From the NCBI GenBank assembly GCA_010093605.1, contig MU004203.1:24156-88155 (forward strand): 64,000 nucleotides of DNA, read 5' to 3'. Source of the stretch: Lophium mytilinum (Eukaryota). This document shows positions 47,245-61,475 of the stretch, piece after piece. A program made the position numbers and the translations under genes. The notes under the pieces are model-generated. The model was not told the DNA's origin. It made no database searches and was given only the letters and a program-made list of their open reading frames with translations. Every line of letters starts with the position of its first letter. Positions within the stretch are counted from its first letter, which is position 1.

Positions 47245-50200
47245 GGTGCCAGGACTAAGCGAACGAAGAGAGTGATATGCGACCGGAGGGTTGCAGTGTA
47301 GCGGACGAGGTGTCTGCGATGTATCAACATGGATTGCGGAATGCCTGTCGCGCGTCCAGGGACTGGGGAAAGCGGGCTCGCTCGGTATCGCGGAGGTCTA
47401 TAGGAAGAGGCCGAAAGGATTTCCGTCGTCCTGAGTAACGGTCGTATTGAGGAGAAAGCAAGGAAGCGGTAGCTTAGCGGAAGGATACCTCGGGGTACTC
47501 ATTTCGATGGGCTGTCCGATCATTCGCGGGTGGATTCCTTGTTCCCTCGGCATTTCCTGACGAATCAACCTGTACTTCATACCTGTATCAAAGTCAGTAT
47601 ATTCTGTTCAAAAATGACTTTGAGAGATCCTAAAAATACGAGCCTTCAATCTGACTAGCCCGCAGCGACACGCGTCGCGCTCTTGAAACTGGTGAAGCTG
47701 AGCGACCCAAGAGGAACGAATAGACAGCGGATTTCGACTCCCTTGCTACGGTTGATGAAGGGGGCTCGACGCTACGACTCCTGAGATGGAAGAATGTGTA
47801 TAGTCTGATGGCGCGAAGTTGGCGGCGGCCGTTCTCTCATCGTGCCCAAGAGCGCGTTGGGCCTTTTGCTGCGCAGTTGTAGCACTTCACTCCGGATGCT
47901 TGTTCGACGATAACTCAGGATAACGATTCCGCGCATACCTGTTAGAGAGTCGCTCTTCAGCCTCTCGTAAAGCGCGCAGCTGCAAACAAGAATGAAGACA
48001 ATCAGTTCCAAAGGTTGGTGATGACGTCCACTCCCCAGCTCTTCCGCACTCCAACCATGCGACAGATGATGGGAGCCATCACTAACACAACACCACAACA
48101 AGCCAAAATTCTCCAGACAAGCAGCCAAAGCAAGGATGATTTCTTCTTCGAAGCCCCAGACAAGCTGAGAAGTTCAATGAAAAAAAGTTCGCGTCGGCCC
48201 GAGGCAGTGCAATACGAGCGACACTGTGCCCCCGGACATAGGCAAGCCCAGCGGCCCAGGAGCGGTTTCCAAAGAGTGGATTAATCAGAAGGAACCCCGT
48301 AGGGCTATCCCAGCGATTAAACTGAGAAGAACCTGAGAGGATTGTTAGCAGGAGGATCAAGAAGAGTGAGAGGGAAGAGGAACTTACAGATACTACACTT
48401 GATCTAAGCCAAAAGGCACTGAGAATTTTATTAGCCAAGGTCGAAAGGAGAGGAGTGAGGTCGAAACTTACAAGAGAGCTGGAAAAAGGAGGAAGGTCGG
48501 GGGGCGGGCGGTCTTATATACCTGGCTGACAGAGAATTTGCCAGCCGCTTACTAAGCTATTGGTAAGCTGCTGCCTAGAATTTAGGAGCGTGGAATGTCG
48601 CGGAACGTGGCGGAACGTCGTTGAATGAGGTGTCTGGGGACGTGCGGTGAGCGGCCGGCCTTCGACTGTTCACGTGACTGAGCCGCCACCCCGTTCCAAG
48701 GGCAGTGTCGCTAGTAACGTGTTTGTTAGAGGGCTCTATAGGTATATGTCTTTCCAGAGTAGGTCTAATCTTCTTCACTTCTATCCCTCTATCTTCTCAC
48801 TACTATGTGGCGGTGTGAACTCCGTTTCTCCTCAGGCTCAGTAGTCATCTCTCTACAGTTGACTTTCCTCAAAAATTAGGTGATCCCGTGCACTCATCCA
48901 GCGGCCAAGTTGTGAACTAGGCTTGACTGCTTTCTTCCATCTCCGTCACTACTTCTAGATCTTTTTTATGTCTACACCATCTTCGGGCAGCTCTTACCCT
49001 ACACCGACAGCGAACCAAGCATGGAAATTCACAGAAACGTCCCGTCTACAGCAATCGATGTCTGAGGTATGTGTATACGTATCCTTCGTACTCGCTAGTT
49101 ACGGCTAAAGCTCCTACGAGAATCCACAGGGACTATTCGAAATCCCGACGGCGACCAGGAGTTGGAAAGACCGTCGCAAATGAAATGTCCCGCACCAACC
49201 TCGACCTCCCTGGCGGGGCAGACTTGGATTATCCGAGGCGATGTTTATCACGGCATCGCGGACTGTGAAAAACGTAAAGAGGGTACCTATGGAGCTGCTG
49301 GATAGGTAAGACGGAAGAAAGAATGGTTTCACATCACTCACGAGCTTCCCAAAATTCTCTAGGCCGACAAAGTCAATCTCTAGTTATATATAGGTAGTCA
49401 CAGAGATTTACTCCAGCTTTCATTGAATGGCTCAGCTTTGAGCACTCTTCAATCTTTCGAATGATGATGCCATGGCCTGAGGCCGACGGGTGGGCTATCT
49501 GGCTGCCAATAGGATACAAGTACAGCATGGGGTTTTACTCGCATCCAGGTACCACTCATTGAAGAGAACCGTGGCCCTTTGCATCCTTATTCCAGATCTT
49601 GCTCTAGCTTGCTTAGCCGGTTCGATAATAGCAAAAACTCTCAAAAGTTCCGTCGTGATCGGAACCGCCTTTGCTGCCCCTTCTAATCTAGATACTTGGA
49701 AAACGCGAGGATCTTTCTCCAAGCATCCTTGCGGTCTCCTAACTTTAGCAACTTGGAAAACAGCACAACATCCTTTTCCATCTAAGCTGGCTGACACTCC
49801 CCAGTCATCCTCGCCGGCCTCATCCCCCAAAGCGTGATCAGCTCAACCTAAAGCACCTCCCTCTACTTCTGCACCAGGTTCGGCCTCCTCGGCGTCTTAC
49901 TGGAGACAGTAACCCACCAAACCTTCTCCATCGGCTTCCAACCCCTAGTCCTTCACTACCTCGAACTCAACCGCACCTCCGTCATGCCCCGAGTAAATGG
50001 ATCCTACGGTTATCATCCCAGCTCTACCCACGCCATCGGCTGCAATGCCAGTGTTCGCTTCGAAACCTCCGCCGCCTCCTACGCTTTGCCTCCTCAAAAT
50101 GCAAGACCACCGACCTGGCTATCCTATACTTTGCCTTCCTTCGCGAACACTTCACACGGGTGTGAATGAGACCCCGCTCCGCAGCCGCCGACCCCGTTCA

Positions 50201-51587
50201 GATGGCCGGTGCCCCCTGCGAGACCTGGCAGATGAACAAGACACTCTCACTCGTGGTCGACTCTCATCTGAGTGGGTTGATCTGTACACCGACAACAGCG
50301 AGGCGTGAGGCTACTCCTGGATCCTTGCGCTGGGCCCTCGCGTCACTGATTGCTGAGGACTGGCTGCTGGCGGATGAGGGAGCGGTGGGAGAGGAGGCGG
50401 ATTCGGTCTAGGCTGGTGCTCATACTGATAACACGGCGAATGCTACTATTACGAGCCCTGTAGGTGAGGATCGCCCGGGAACTCCATGTCGAGCTCTTTG
50501 AGGCGAGCGGCGTGAATTGCAAGGAGGCGATGATTTTCCTAGACGTCAGCATTAGGTCGTTTGGTGGTATGGTCTCTGACGCTAGTAGTGCATCGGACGA
50601 AACTTCAGATTCGCTTCCTTCTTCGTCGGGTGGAGAAAGCAACAAGACTGTAGAAGAGAAGATGAGCGGTATTCTGGGTTTCTCAACCTCTAATAAATCA
50701 AGCATCAACGGCGACTTTACCTCGAAGAACGCGTTGCCAATTCCGGAGACCTATTTGAAGGGCTTACTTCGAAGACATCCAAAGGGAAAGATCTACTAGT
50801 TTGATGAGGAAGGCCGCATATCTTCGTCAGACTCGTCAGGCGAAGACAGTTCAAAGCGGGTGGGTCGACGAGGATTCGACTCTACGAACAGAAGACAATG
50901 AGCTCTGAATGGGCTTACGGGGTCAAACGTGGGCCGTCAAGAGGCTACCTGGGGAATCAACATCTGGTTGCACCCCGTGGGGACGGCGGCAACGGAGGGA
51001 GTATATGCGGCGATTGAGCGGACTGAGGTTGATAGGGTACAGTACGGCACCATCGCTGTTGATGCTTACATGCCTGAGCTAGGGTCGGATAAGGAGAAGC
51101 CGGTGGATTTTCGACCGAGGCTTTGAGGGACATGTTGGGGAGGGATACGGGGGATAAGCGAAGCAGTCCGGCTACTAAACAGGACAAGGTCTGTGGGATT
51201 AGAAGAAGATGAGTACGAACCTTTGGGAGCACGGGAGGTTAGTCCCTTCATCGGCCAATGCGTAAGGTGAACAGATGCGTACAGAGGGCTTGGATTACGA
51301 CGATGTAATATGTGGGAGCTGCATATTAGTGGTCGGTTTTTTGGTAGAGTTAATGGAAATTTCCCCATGTGCTAGGCATTAACGGTAGAATACTATGCTT
51401 ATTTCATTAATATGAATCTCTTAAGGCCCAAGCACTGCTGGCTGTGCTCCGTGAACGGCATAAGATAAAATTTGAGGTCGAAGTGGCTCCATATCTGTAT
51501 CCTGAACTATCTTAATTCCGTGAGACGCTTTTCATTATGAAGACATCTCCCTCTACAATATAAGAAGTTGCTGCCGAAATCGCTCTT

Positions 51588-52028
51588 ATGTCCAGCCCTT
51601 TGACATCCACTCCTCTTACCGCCCTCGCTAATATCGACAGTGAAGTGACGAAATCCCCACCCTCCCGACCCGCCCCAAGCTCCACCTTCACCTTCACCCT
51701 ACCCGACTCCTACCTACCTATTTATACGATAATATTCTACCCTCCTTTTACCCTTAGGGATCTGGCACCTAGGCGGGCTATGTTATGGACCAGTGTAAAG
51801 TTACTGTACTATTGTCCGAGTTGCTTGTTTCCTTGTTTGGCTTTCTGTTTCCTTGTTTGGGTTGTTGTTTGTATTTTTGCTTCTTTTTGCGCTACGCTAG
51901 GGTCTTGGGTTCGAGGCGCGGTGGGCTGGGTGTTATTTTTGTGTTTAGGGTGGAAGGGTTTTTTGGTTTTTGCTTGGGTGTTTATGTCTTATGCGGTTAG
52001 AAAACTTCTTGAACTAGTGGAAGACTAG
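51588..52028 (+). CDS. Possible small membrane protein (146 aa)
   Basis: ATG with TATAA ~30 nt upstream. S/T/P-rich N-terminus and a hydrophobic Cys-rich C-terminal half. No family recognised. Confidence 0.35.
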   Translation: MSSPLTSTPLTALANIDSEVTKSPPSRPAPSSTFTFTLPDSYLPIYTIIFYPPFTLRDLAPRRAMLWTSVKLLYYCPSCLFPCLAFCFLVWVVVCIFASFCATLGSWVRGAVGWVLFLCLGWKGFLVFAWVFMSYAVRKLLELVED

Positions 52029-52639
52029 CTAGCTTTAGTGCTGTAAGAATCTAAGGCCTTACTTCAAGTACCAAAGTAATATCTCCAGGTGCCACAGGCA
52101 ACATAAGTGTTGAATAGTTGTTCACATCGACGGGTTCATAGCTAGCATTACGATATCCCCAGCACGTAATGTTGTGACTTGATGGTGTAGAAACATCTCT
52201 TATCTCCAGTCTTACTACAGAAACTAATCCCAAATAATACGCCGACAGCCCTATAGCCCTATAGCCCTTCTCTTCTCACCACGAGCCTCGGTACTGAAGT
52301 ATGTGATCCTTGCCCATATGAGCATAGTGACAACATGCAAGGCAATTGGTCGAGCCTAGAACAGAAGGAAAGAGAACGAAGCCAATGTCAAACCAATATC
52401 AAGCCAATCTGATCCTAGGTGAGACCGCCAGTAGCCTCGGTTCCTTCCATAGCCTCTCCGCCGTTAGAGATGTGGTGTAGCGGACATGGGTGTCCATTTG
52501 GCATTTACGATGGGAGAGCCATCAATCGTATGGAGGAAGATATGTGGACCCAGTGAAGATTGAGTGAGGGCTCTGAGAATGGTGACAGCTAGTATGTAGC
52601 TTGCCTGTTTACCGGCGTTGTGGAACCATAATGGCTCAA

Positions 52640-53240
52640 TCCCGTATCGAAAGAAAGAGACCACCGTACTGGTTTCCGGTGAACTTGGCTGTGCAAAGGT
52701 TAGATGATATCTTTGAGGCCGATAGGACGTGACGTACAAAAGGCAGTGACGGCGTCCTCCAGCTTTTCGAACTGAACCACACCGGTGCCACACGAGCGAC
52801 CGTTGGCTTCGCATTGAATCTCGGCACGGCTGACCTTTCCGATAGTACTGAAGAGCTCTACCAAGTCCTCGTTGGATGTTGACCACGGGAGCTGAATGCT
52901 GTCAGTCTCTCGTGTGGAAGAGAGGAGACACGCCACTTACATTCTGGACGTAGATGACTTCACCCTCCTCGCCGCCAGAGGTTGTTCCTCATTGCCGTCT
53001 TCGGGGTGAGATTCAACGGACACCCTGGTCTGAATGGCTCAGTGAGGCCTTCGGACTGGCCCTAGGGGGTCGAGAGCGTCGGTCGGTGCGACGGTAGTCT
53101 TCGCGGTCGCCGGAGCTGCTTCGGGGGGAGTAGGATTGACGACTACGGCGTGGGGACCTAGACCGACGAAGGGCAGAGCGGGATCGCTCGCGCTGGAAAT
53201 CTTGAGCATTAGTGTTGATCGACATGATGTCGGTCAACGC
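52640..53240 (-). pseudogene. GBP2: Internally deleted Gbp2/Hrb1-like SR-RRM pseudogene
   Basis: RS-rich N-terminus (RERSRS..RSRSPRRSRQSYSPR), stops, then the last RRM VIYVQN|LPWSTSNEDLVELFSTIGKVSRAEIQCEANGRSCGTGVVQFE..|KFTGNQYGG. Retains introns 52940-52892 and 52737-52689. Confidence 0.85.
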
Positions 53241-56200
53241 GGAGGTATCGAGCAGTGGGGCCTAGCAAGTGTTAGTAGCTGATGCACCAGGACACATCAA
53301 GAACTTACTTACGTGACCACGCCGATGAAGAGCGGGCGTGCGCCCTCTGTTAAACCATAACGCAGGTGTCATAAGGGGTGGCGTCCAAGCGCGAGTCGCT
53401 GTGGAAGAAATGAAGTTTAGTTGAAGTTCTGAAGGTGAGGGGCTCTATGTTGCGGAAGTGAGGAGCTGCGCGAGCCGTAAACTTACCTGACGGTCGGTGG
53501 TCTGGCTGCTGCCATGTTGTCGGAGAGGCTGACGGAGTGGCCCTGTCTGCGGTGGGTGGCGTGAAGCTGGTCTGGTTGTGTGATGAGGTTGGTGATGGTA
53601 GGTCAGAGGGAGGACGGTGAGCTGTTGGTGGTTGAAGCGGCGGGGTGACGGCGACTTCGAGCTCGCGGCGGAAGTATTCTCCGACTCTGCCCCGTGGAGC
53701 CTAGTAGTGGATTGGCGGAGTGTTGGAACCAAGCCAGCTGCTTCACTGGGAGAGCTGTGAATTCCAGAGCAGTGAGCAGGCACGGCTAGGAGAACAAGGC
53801 TTCACTCATGGAGAGCTGTGAGGGGTAGAGGGTCACGAGGAAGCCTGTCCTCTTCCAGGTGTGTAAAGCTCTCTGAGGAACGGACCTTGAAGAGATTGGG
53901 ACCCGGCCGAAGGAGGGCTGGAGGCCTTGGTTCCCTCCATGGATCATCGACGCTAGACGTGAAAGAGAACGTCTCCTACATTGTGAGAAAAGATCTGAGA
54001 TATTGAATTTGGCCTTGCAGCGTGTGTTGCCAGCCCGGCAACATCCAGTCCGGTTGCAAATTGGCACAATTTGGATATTGAGGCTTTGATAAGAATTGCT
54101 CGAGAAAAAGAATATCACCACGGCTCTGGCAAACAAGCCTGTGACTCTCTTCGGAGCCACACAGTAGTACTATCTCCACAACTACCCAGGTTCTCAAAAC
54201 TCCTGAGCAAAATAGATTGACCATCGCTGTGTCGTATCTTGCTCCCGCATGGCAATCGGGAAGCCCATATAATGATTCAAGAGGCAGTCCATAACATGTT
54301 TCATACCGCTACCTCGATTCATACTTGCCCACATAGGTGCTATGTCCCCCTTCAACTACTACTTGGGCCCTGATCTTCTTCTCGCACAGCCGACGCTTTC
54401 CATTTTTCCCCCAATTATGCACCTACCAGCCGAGGTGTTTCTGCTGCCACATAGACCTACCCCGTTATGTCGTAGAGGATGCCATGTCTCCTGGCGCGGT
54501 CATACCGAACGCCGCACCGCTTCGTAACAAGTGTATGTGAATAAAGAGCCCGATGCGTCTCTTGTTCTAGAAATTGACGGCTGGGACGACGACGGAGCCG
54601 ACGCGGAAAGGCGCTAGGCTCTCGTGAAGAGAGAGAAGCGAAGGCGTCAAAGAAGAGCGGAGAGGGTATGGCAAATGGCGGAGATGATGCTGCGAGCCGG
54701 GAGCATAGACGCTTCATCGCCATCTCAGTCTGTGGTTTGCTACGAGTTGTTAGACCTTTCTAGCCAATAAGGCGTCTATGCCACGTATTCAATGAGCTTA
54801 CGCAGAGTCTTTACGATGTTCCGATCCTCTGTGACTGTCTACGCGGCAACTTCTCTCACGATGTCAGGAACACTCCCGGTTGGCTGTCAGGCGAGTTGTG
54901 AGGTGACTGAGAGAGCCAGCATCTGCTCGCTCAGATCTACAGTCTAAAAAGATGGAGATTCGATGCTTCTCAGGGTTTGTAATGATCAACAGATTATGTT
55001 TTCTTCAGACAGGGATAACTGTACAAAACGTTTTATCGTGAAAGCCGATGCAAGGATGTGCAATAGCACGAAGGGAATCTTACCTTATTAGAAATCATGC
55101 ATTCGAAGGACATAGCCGTCAGCGCCCTCGAATACAAGAACTTCTCCGAGTTTGTTGAGCTTCAGGTACTCGGTAGAAGTGATCAGCCGGCACAGTCTCA
55201 AAAAACGCGTACAATCAACAGCGCCTTGGTCTGTGACATACGAAGCCTCCGTGACTGTGACTCGGATTGGGCTAGCTGGTCTTTCCTCTCCGTACCGGAA
55301 GCCGGCCGGTCGTGTGCTTCGCCGGATGACTGCATGGGCTCTCGGTCGTGGTATGCGGCCGTGAGGTCCTCGCTGTCGCACTTGCTCTTCAAGAATAGTA
55401 TCTCCGTAGTCTCCTTGGTGCGTGGCATCCTTGAAACCGAAGATGAACGGTTCATGGAAAGCCTCGAGAGGGGACGAGGGGCTCAGCGTTGGGTGGAAGA
55501 GAGGAGACACTACCCAACCTTACGGCATGCGACCTGGAAGCCAGCCGCAAGTGAAAGAGAGATTGATGTTGGGTAGAGCTGCGAGACACGCGGCGCAGAT
55601 CAAACGAACCGGTCGGGGAAAGGCTTCGACAGAATGACTGCGAAGGCATCATTAGCAATAGTTGGTCCTTAACGCAGCGATGCAATGGAGTTGGGATCCT
55701 GTAGAGTTTGACGCCGGACCTGCCGTGGCCGTACCTACATGATCTTGTCCCAGACACATGGGAACTTGGAGGCTTGTGAATGTCGACTCGCCATGACCTT
55801 GCTGCGACTGCAAGTGAATCCGGTGACCTAGCATCTCAATTCAGTCTCGGTAAGCTCAGTCCAATGAGCCACCAGAAGCAACTGAGAGCCGTGAAGACGT
55901 GTTCGACAGTCGAGGAAGGGTGTAATATCGAGGAAGACACGGGAGTATTTTTCTTTTTGTTGCTGGTCGCGCGGCTAAGACGACAATCTGGACGCTCATT
56001 TGGGGCGTCAGTATACTCGGCGTCGGTGTAGACATCTCCCTCTACCCTTGAGTCATCTGGGGGGATGCTGTAGCTCATTGCGTCCGTCATATTGAAAACT
56101 CTAATTCCAGCATTGTCGTTAGCTTCTCCAGCTATCCTCTTCATGGTGCGCTCGTCCACGACGATGTGAAGTTGAGCTGCTTCTGGCGTTCTTGGCTCAA

Positions 56201-58875
56201 TATTGAGAGTGGTCTCAAGCTTCTTTTGCTACGTCTTCTCTCTTCCTTTTTGACCTCAAGCACCTGATCGTTGAGCATGTCAGTGTGGGATCCATCACAG
56301 TTGCGGTCTGATCGGAGATGGCTTGCTTCAAAGGATGGAGCGAGGGATTCCTTGTCGAGTAAATTTCAGTTGTGAGTCAGATTGCCAGTCGGTGCCCGAA
56401 CGTTACGCTCAAGATGGAGCCGTAAGATCTCCTGGTATCTTGTGCGTCCCGAGGAAGGCCATGGCTCACTACAGTCGGCGGAGCTGGCAGAGCGAACCGC
56501 GTTCGATGCCAGGCAGTTCCATCAGTCCCATCAGCTCCTCATCTTCCCTTCCAGTATGTCTGGTCCGGGCCTCCTGCTATGATGCCCCCATCGTGTTTTG
56601 TCCTCCTGCGACCCGCCATTTCTGGGAGCTTTCCAACAAAAGTCTTTATCTTTGACACACACACGGCTCGCAGGGAAGATTCCCAACCGAGGAGGATTGT
56701 AGGATCGTTCCAGATTGCGGTAGATTGTACCAGAAGTGTCCTAAGCATTCCCACTCACCAGGGTCGCCATTCCCTCTCCCGATCGCATCAAGCTTTAGTT
56801 GTAGCTGACAGGCAACACATTGAAGCGCCACCATAGCAGAATTTTGTTCTCGCCGGCCCACGAGAGATCTTGACTAACCTGTCTGCCCGGCACGGACATC
56901 TTCCACTGTCGTGTTCGGTCTGACCGGCCGTGTGCTAGTAGTTTTGAAAGTTCGAGGGAGGATGAAGAGGCTAAGTTTGGAGCGGTTGACTTCGACATAG
57001 GCGGGCCGGTGTCTGAAATTGCGTAGTACGCCTCGGGTAAGGTAGGTGGGAAGGGAATGGTTTTCTAGGACTATTCCAGCTCTGTCTGTCTCAATCAGCT
57101 AAGTGCTACATGGAAAGGGTCTAAGTTACAAACCTGAAGTCCATCAACGTCTTCTGTACCAACAAGAGAGATGCAAGGAAGCCTCCAAAGGTAGCTTACC
57201 ATAACTGTCTAGTACTTTGTTCCACGGCGATTCCGTCATAGGTATGGATCCCAGACCGGAGGGTTGTTCGCGTCAAAATGAGACTACTGCGGCAGCACGA
57301 GTGCGATGGCAGACGGTTCTTCTCCATATCCCGATCCTCTGCCAGGCCAGCGGTGCGGCGAATGAATGCTGCAGATATTGAAGGTTTCTGTTCCCTTCTC
57401 CCAGCTATTTCTTCCAGAATGAAGGGCCCGCAAACAACCCGGTGGTGTCTCTGGGAGTCATCCCACCAACTTAAGGACACCATCATCTCCCCCACCGTGC
57501 CCGTGAGAAATATCCTGCTGCCTGGGTAGCCTCGCCGTATCTCTCTGGCCTCCGCATGAACCGGTAGGAAGAGAGGCTGAGTTCAAGGGGACCTTCGGAG
57601 TGCCGTTCACAACGCGGCTCCAATTCGCGCTCCTGGAGTGGTTCCGTCAAGACGAAGAGCACCCACCGCACCTGCTGGCCGGGTTCCACGGAAGCTTAGG
57701 AAGAAGTAGGTAGCTGCTTTGGTTGCAGATGACGCCGCTGTCATGGTGGAAGAGCAGAGAGCAGTCCCTGGGAGGAATGATGCCCTCACGATGAGAGATG
57801 AACGACGAGGCCGTGCCGCTCTAGGGAACTTGTCAGTTACTGGCCGCATAATGGAGAGGAGTGGTAGGCAGACCAATCTTCCGGCAGCAATTATCCTTTT
57901 GGTGTCGAGAGAGGCGGTTTCTGGTGTGCGACGAGGAACAGACGAGTTCCATCTCTCATCTCACGTCGCAGTGCGAAGCATACATCCATCGTAGTTGTTC
58001 CTCCTCCTCTTCAGCTGAAATCCCGCGTGCTCTCCAATCTGTTATTCTGCCAGTGCCTGCTTTGCCGACATTGTTGGCCAAGCACCGCCCTCTGCGCATC
58101 GGACTGAGTTGGCAGGGCCATGACCGTCGGGCTAAGGGGAGCTCAACACTTCTCTCGGCGATGGACAGCAATTGCTTGTCGAGGCGTTTGGAGTGGCGTC
58201 TGTCCGCAGATGAAGAGATGGCCGCGCGTGGTTACAACCGCGAGACCTTCGAGTCCAGTGTCCATCGTGAGAGCCTCTACGGCTGAACCTACGGTAGAGT
58301 GTAAGATGTAGAGCAGAGCGGAGGATGATTAAGCTGAAGGAGTTGCTGCCGTCGTGGATGCATGCGTTGTGCCCTGCTCCGCTGCGCGGTCGTAGTCGCA
58401 TCTTGCATAGCCTCTTCGAACAAAGAAAGACGAACTCAGCTGGTGGATGGGTAAACAGTGGCATAGACATAGACAGGACTCTTCTGTGTGAGACTCCGCA
58501 ACGGAAGGCATCAGGGCTGCTAGGCGTGGGACTGTACCAGCGCGGACGCGTCTTGGACGCGCTCAACACCATAACAAAGCTTCAAGAACACCACGAAGCA
58601 ACAGCAAGACATCAGATCACATCAAGATGGGAAGAGGCAGAAGCAGAGGAAGGGAAAGATTGTTTGTTTCTTCTTCAAGGTCCCGCACAAGGCGAGAGGC
58701 TCAATGAAAAAAAGGTGGTGACTAGGTCACAAGAGAGTTCATTGAAGGTAATCTGCCTATCCGAAGACAAGCCATCGACCATCGCTGAAGCTGAAGACTC
58801 CGAAGAGACTTTGAAGATAGGCCGCCCCAAGAGAGAGAAGAAGATCCGGTCCAGTAGGAGGAGAACAGATTGAAG

Positions 58876-58968
58876 AAGTTTGTCGAAGTCGCCATCACCA
58901 GTCGCCGTCGCCTTTACCTTGCCGCGCCGTGCGGAAACAAACAAAACTGGGAGGAGTGACGTACCTTC
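58876..58968 (-). repeat. Dispersed single copy of the 36-kb repeat unit
   Basis: Minus strand reads AAG|GTACGT, pyrimidine tract, gcacggc..ggcgacggcgactgg..gacaaacttcttc. acgtac at 58959. Confidence 0.7.
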
Positions 58969-60266
58969 AATGCACAAACAGGTGAAATCCCCGAAGGGAG
59001 GTGGATAGGCGGTCTCGCATGCGCTCCATACCTAGAGCCACCTGAAGAGGAGAAAGAAAGAGATGAAGAGGAGAAAAAACTGATCTGAAGAGTGTGTTGA
59101 AGGAGAGTTGGTTGGGGGGTCGGAGGTCCTTATATAGTGGAAGATTCCTGCGAACCGCTAAGCGAGATCACGCCTTGGCACGTCCATGGAAAGTCGTGGA
59201 AACTGGCGGAAGGCTGCAGGTGAGGTGCCGGGCTGCTACAGGCGGGGCGCCGGGTGGCTACGTGCCAGGGTCCGTGCGTAGAGGCGCCGGATAGTGAAGT
59301 ACAGCAACTACTGGCATGGGAAAGGGCAATGACGGGCTCGGACAGGGCAAAGGATTGGCAAGCTACATGGTTAGCTAATGGGAGTGACGTATGACGATTC
59401 CTTTGTATAGCAGCAGGGTAGTATCTACGCATGCTATGAAAGCTCTCCATCTGTAGATCGGTTGAGACGAAACCACTCTTCAGCTCCTAGCTCGAATCGA
59501 GGTTGTAATGGCAGAGAAGTATCCTTCATAGGCCAAAGCGGCATGTAAATCATTACATATGTCACTCTTTAAAGATAATTTTACGGATGTTATAGTGGTG
59601 TGAACGATGTCAATCCACTGACGCGCCACACGGGAGCGCGTCACGACCCGAGGAGTAGCCGGTGGGCATAGAGTTGAAGCATCCCCTATTACCATAGGAG
59701 GTTCAATTTTGCAATGCGGAGGCTATTATGAACTGTTCAAAGTAGGGTCGAATGTGTGCTTGTGTCTAGATAGTTTACCCAAAGAGATTAGACTCAGTGA
59801 GGGAGGGCTATTGGATACATGGGACACCGCGCTCCGAGCAGCAAACTGTGAATTGATGATGTCGTAGTATTATGACCACATAAGCAGCTGAGACGCGTTG
59901 AGGCCCAGACTAAATGACATTGGCATTGAATGCGATCGAATGATCTTTGGGAGTAGCCTAGCTCACTGAGGGACGAATACCAGATAGCGTCAGAACAGCA
60001 CCGCCCATCAACACCCCAGCAAAGAACCCGGTCTGAGAAACGCTGGTGGAGTACCGAAAAGCTTCAGGTATTTGCACTGGCCTCTAGCATAAGGATATTG
60101 GGCTTGAATCCGGTCGCTGAGGCTCGGGTGATGCGCGATTACAAGCAGCTCGCCGGTTCCCTTGATTTGGCCCGAATTTCCACAATACGGTAACACAACA
60201 TAACGAGGCGGGTTAGCTGAGTTGCCGGAGTTGCTATAAGTACCAAAGAAGCCAATCTGGAAGCAT

Positions 60267-61475
60267 ATGAGTCGAGATCTATTAACTGAGGCAGGGGCGT
60301 TGGCAGCGAAGATGCTGTGCGTGCTGCTCAGGGCCGACACGAGCCATCAACAACGCGTCTTGAACACAAGACGCGAAGCATCAAAGGATCATCCTCCTCT
60401 ACCTGAGCGTTCACATCGAGTACTTCACCATCACTACCTCGAAGTCTCGTTCACTGCGCAAGAAACTCCACGAATCCCGTCTTCACCACCCTCAGCTGTA
60501 TAGCAAGTCCGAGACTGCCACATCTGCTACCAGTCCTTTTGCGAAAATACCAAAGGCCCGTCTATTTGGCATGCTTTGTCACATACTCGGCCTAAATTCT
60601 CGCTATTTCACATTAGACAAATGGTGCTACCTCTTCAGAAGTATCATCACGTTCTCATTGCCTTAAACAACCGCTCCACCTCCAACTACCGAGCTAATGG
60701 GAACAACATACCAGCATACTCTACACACCTCAAGCTTAGGCAGAGAGAATCACTCCCGCTCTATCATCACCGCGCAGCCCCAATCCACAACCTCGATGTC
60801 TTCCCCAGGAAAGGATATGGGGGTCTGCGAATTCAGACGGTTTTTCTAGAGATATAACTCCAACAATAGGTCACCCGAGATATAGGGGGAAATCCCCTTG
60901 CGTATTGCCCTCCTTAGTCCATGGGGATGCCTCCTCCACCTTCTACTTCCGAGACCAAAGATATGAAGCTACCAAGAACACCACCAATAGCACTCAAATC
61001 TGCGTCCAGCATGCCGCTGAACGAGCCACTACTCATAGCATTCGCTGTCGAGCCAGTTGACACCACGAAAGACGTCCACTCCAACATTACGAATGACGTG
61101 AGGTACGTCCCGCTACCCCTGGCGGTCCTCCTAAGTCCTGGCAGCTGGGTTGTGACTTCGAGCCGGAAGACAAACTCGGAGGCGTGGTCGTGTCTCGATA
61201 AAAAGGCGAGGAATGTCAAAGAAAGTGATGTTGCGGACTAGTAGTAGTAAGACGAATTGGAGGAAAGAGTGAATTGTGCTCTGTGGGGAAGACAGCTTTG
61301 TCCGTATCGTCAAGAATCCTCCGATCTATCCCGGCACATCTCAGCGGTGCTCGACTTCGCGTCAACGTCTCCTGTCTGGAAGGAGGTCTTGCCATCTTGG
61401 CGGATAGGGAAGCAATTTCGCTCTGAGTTGGTGAGCCCGGATTGTGCAGAGGCGAAATCGCGACAATGCTTGTAG
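60267..61475 (+). pseudogene. RIP-type pseudogene with C2H2 zinc-finger-like motifs
   Basis: Four ORFs (60267, 60576, 60921, 61257) lie in one frame, broken only by TAG/TAA. CHICYQSF..WHALSH at ~60516-60584 and LCPY....DLSRHI at ~61297-61340. Confidence 0.6.

Noticed and set aside
53800..58873. Numerous 60-180-aa ORFs on both strands
   Set aside because: No family motifs recognised; indistinguishable from decayed or random frames without a search.
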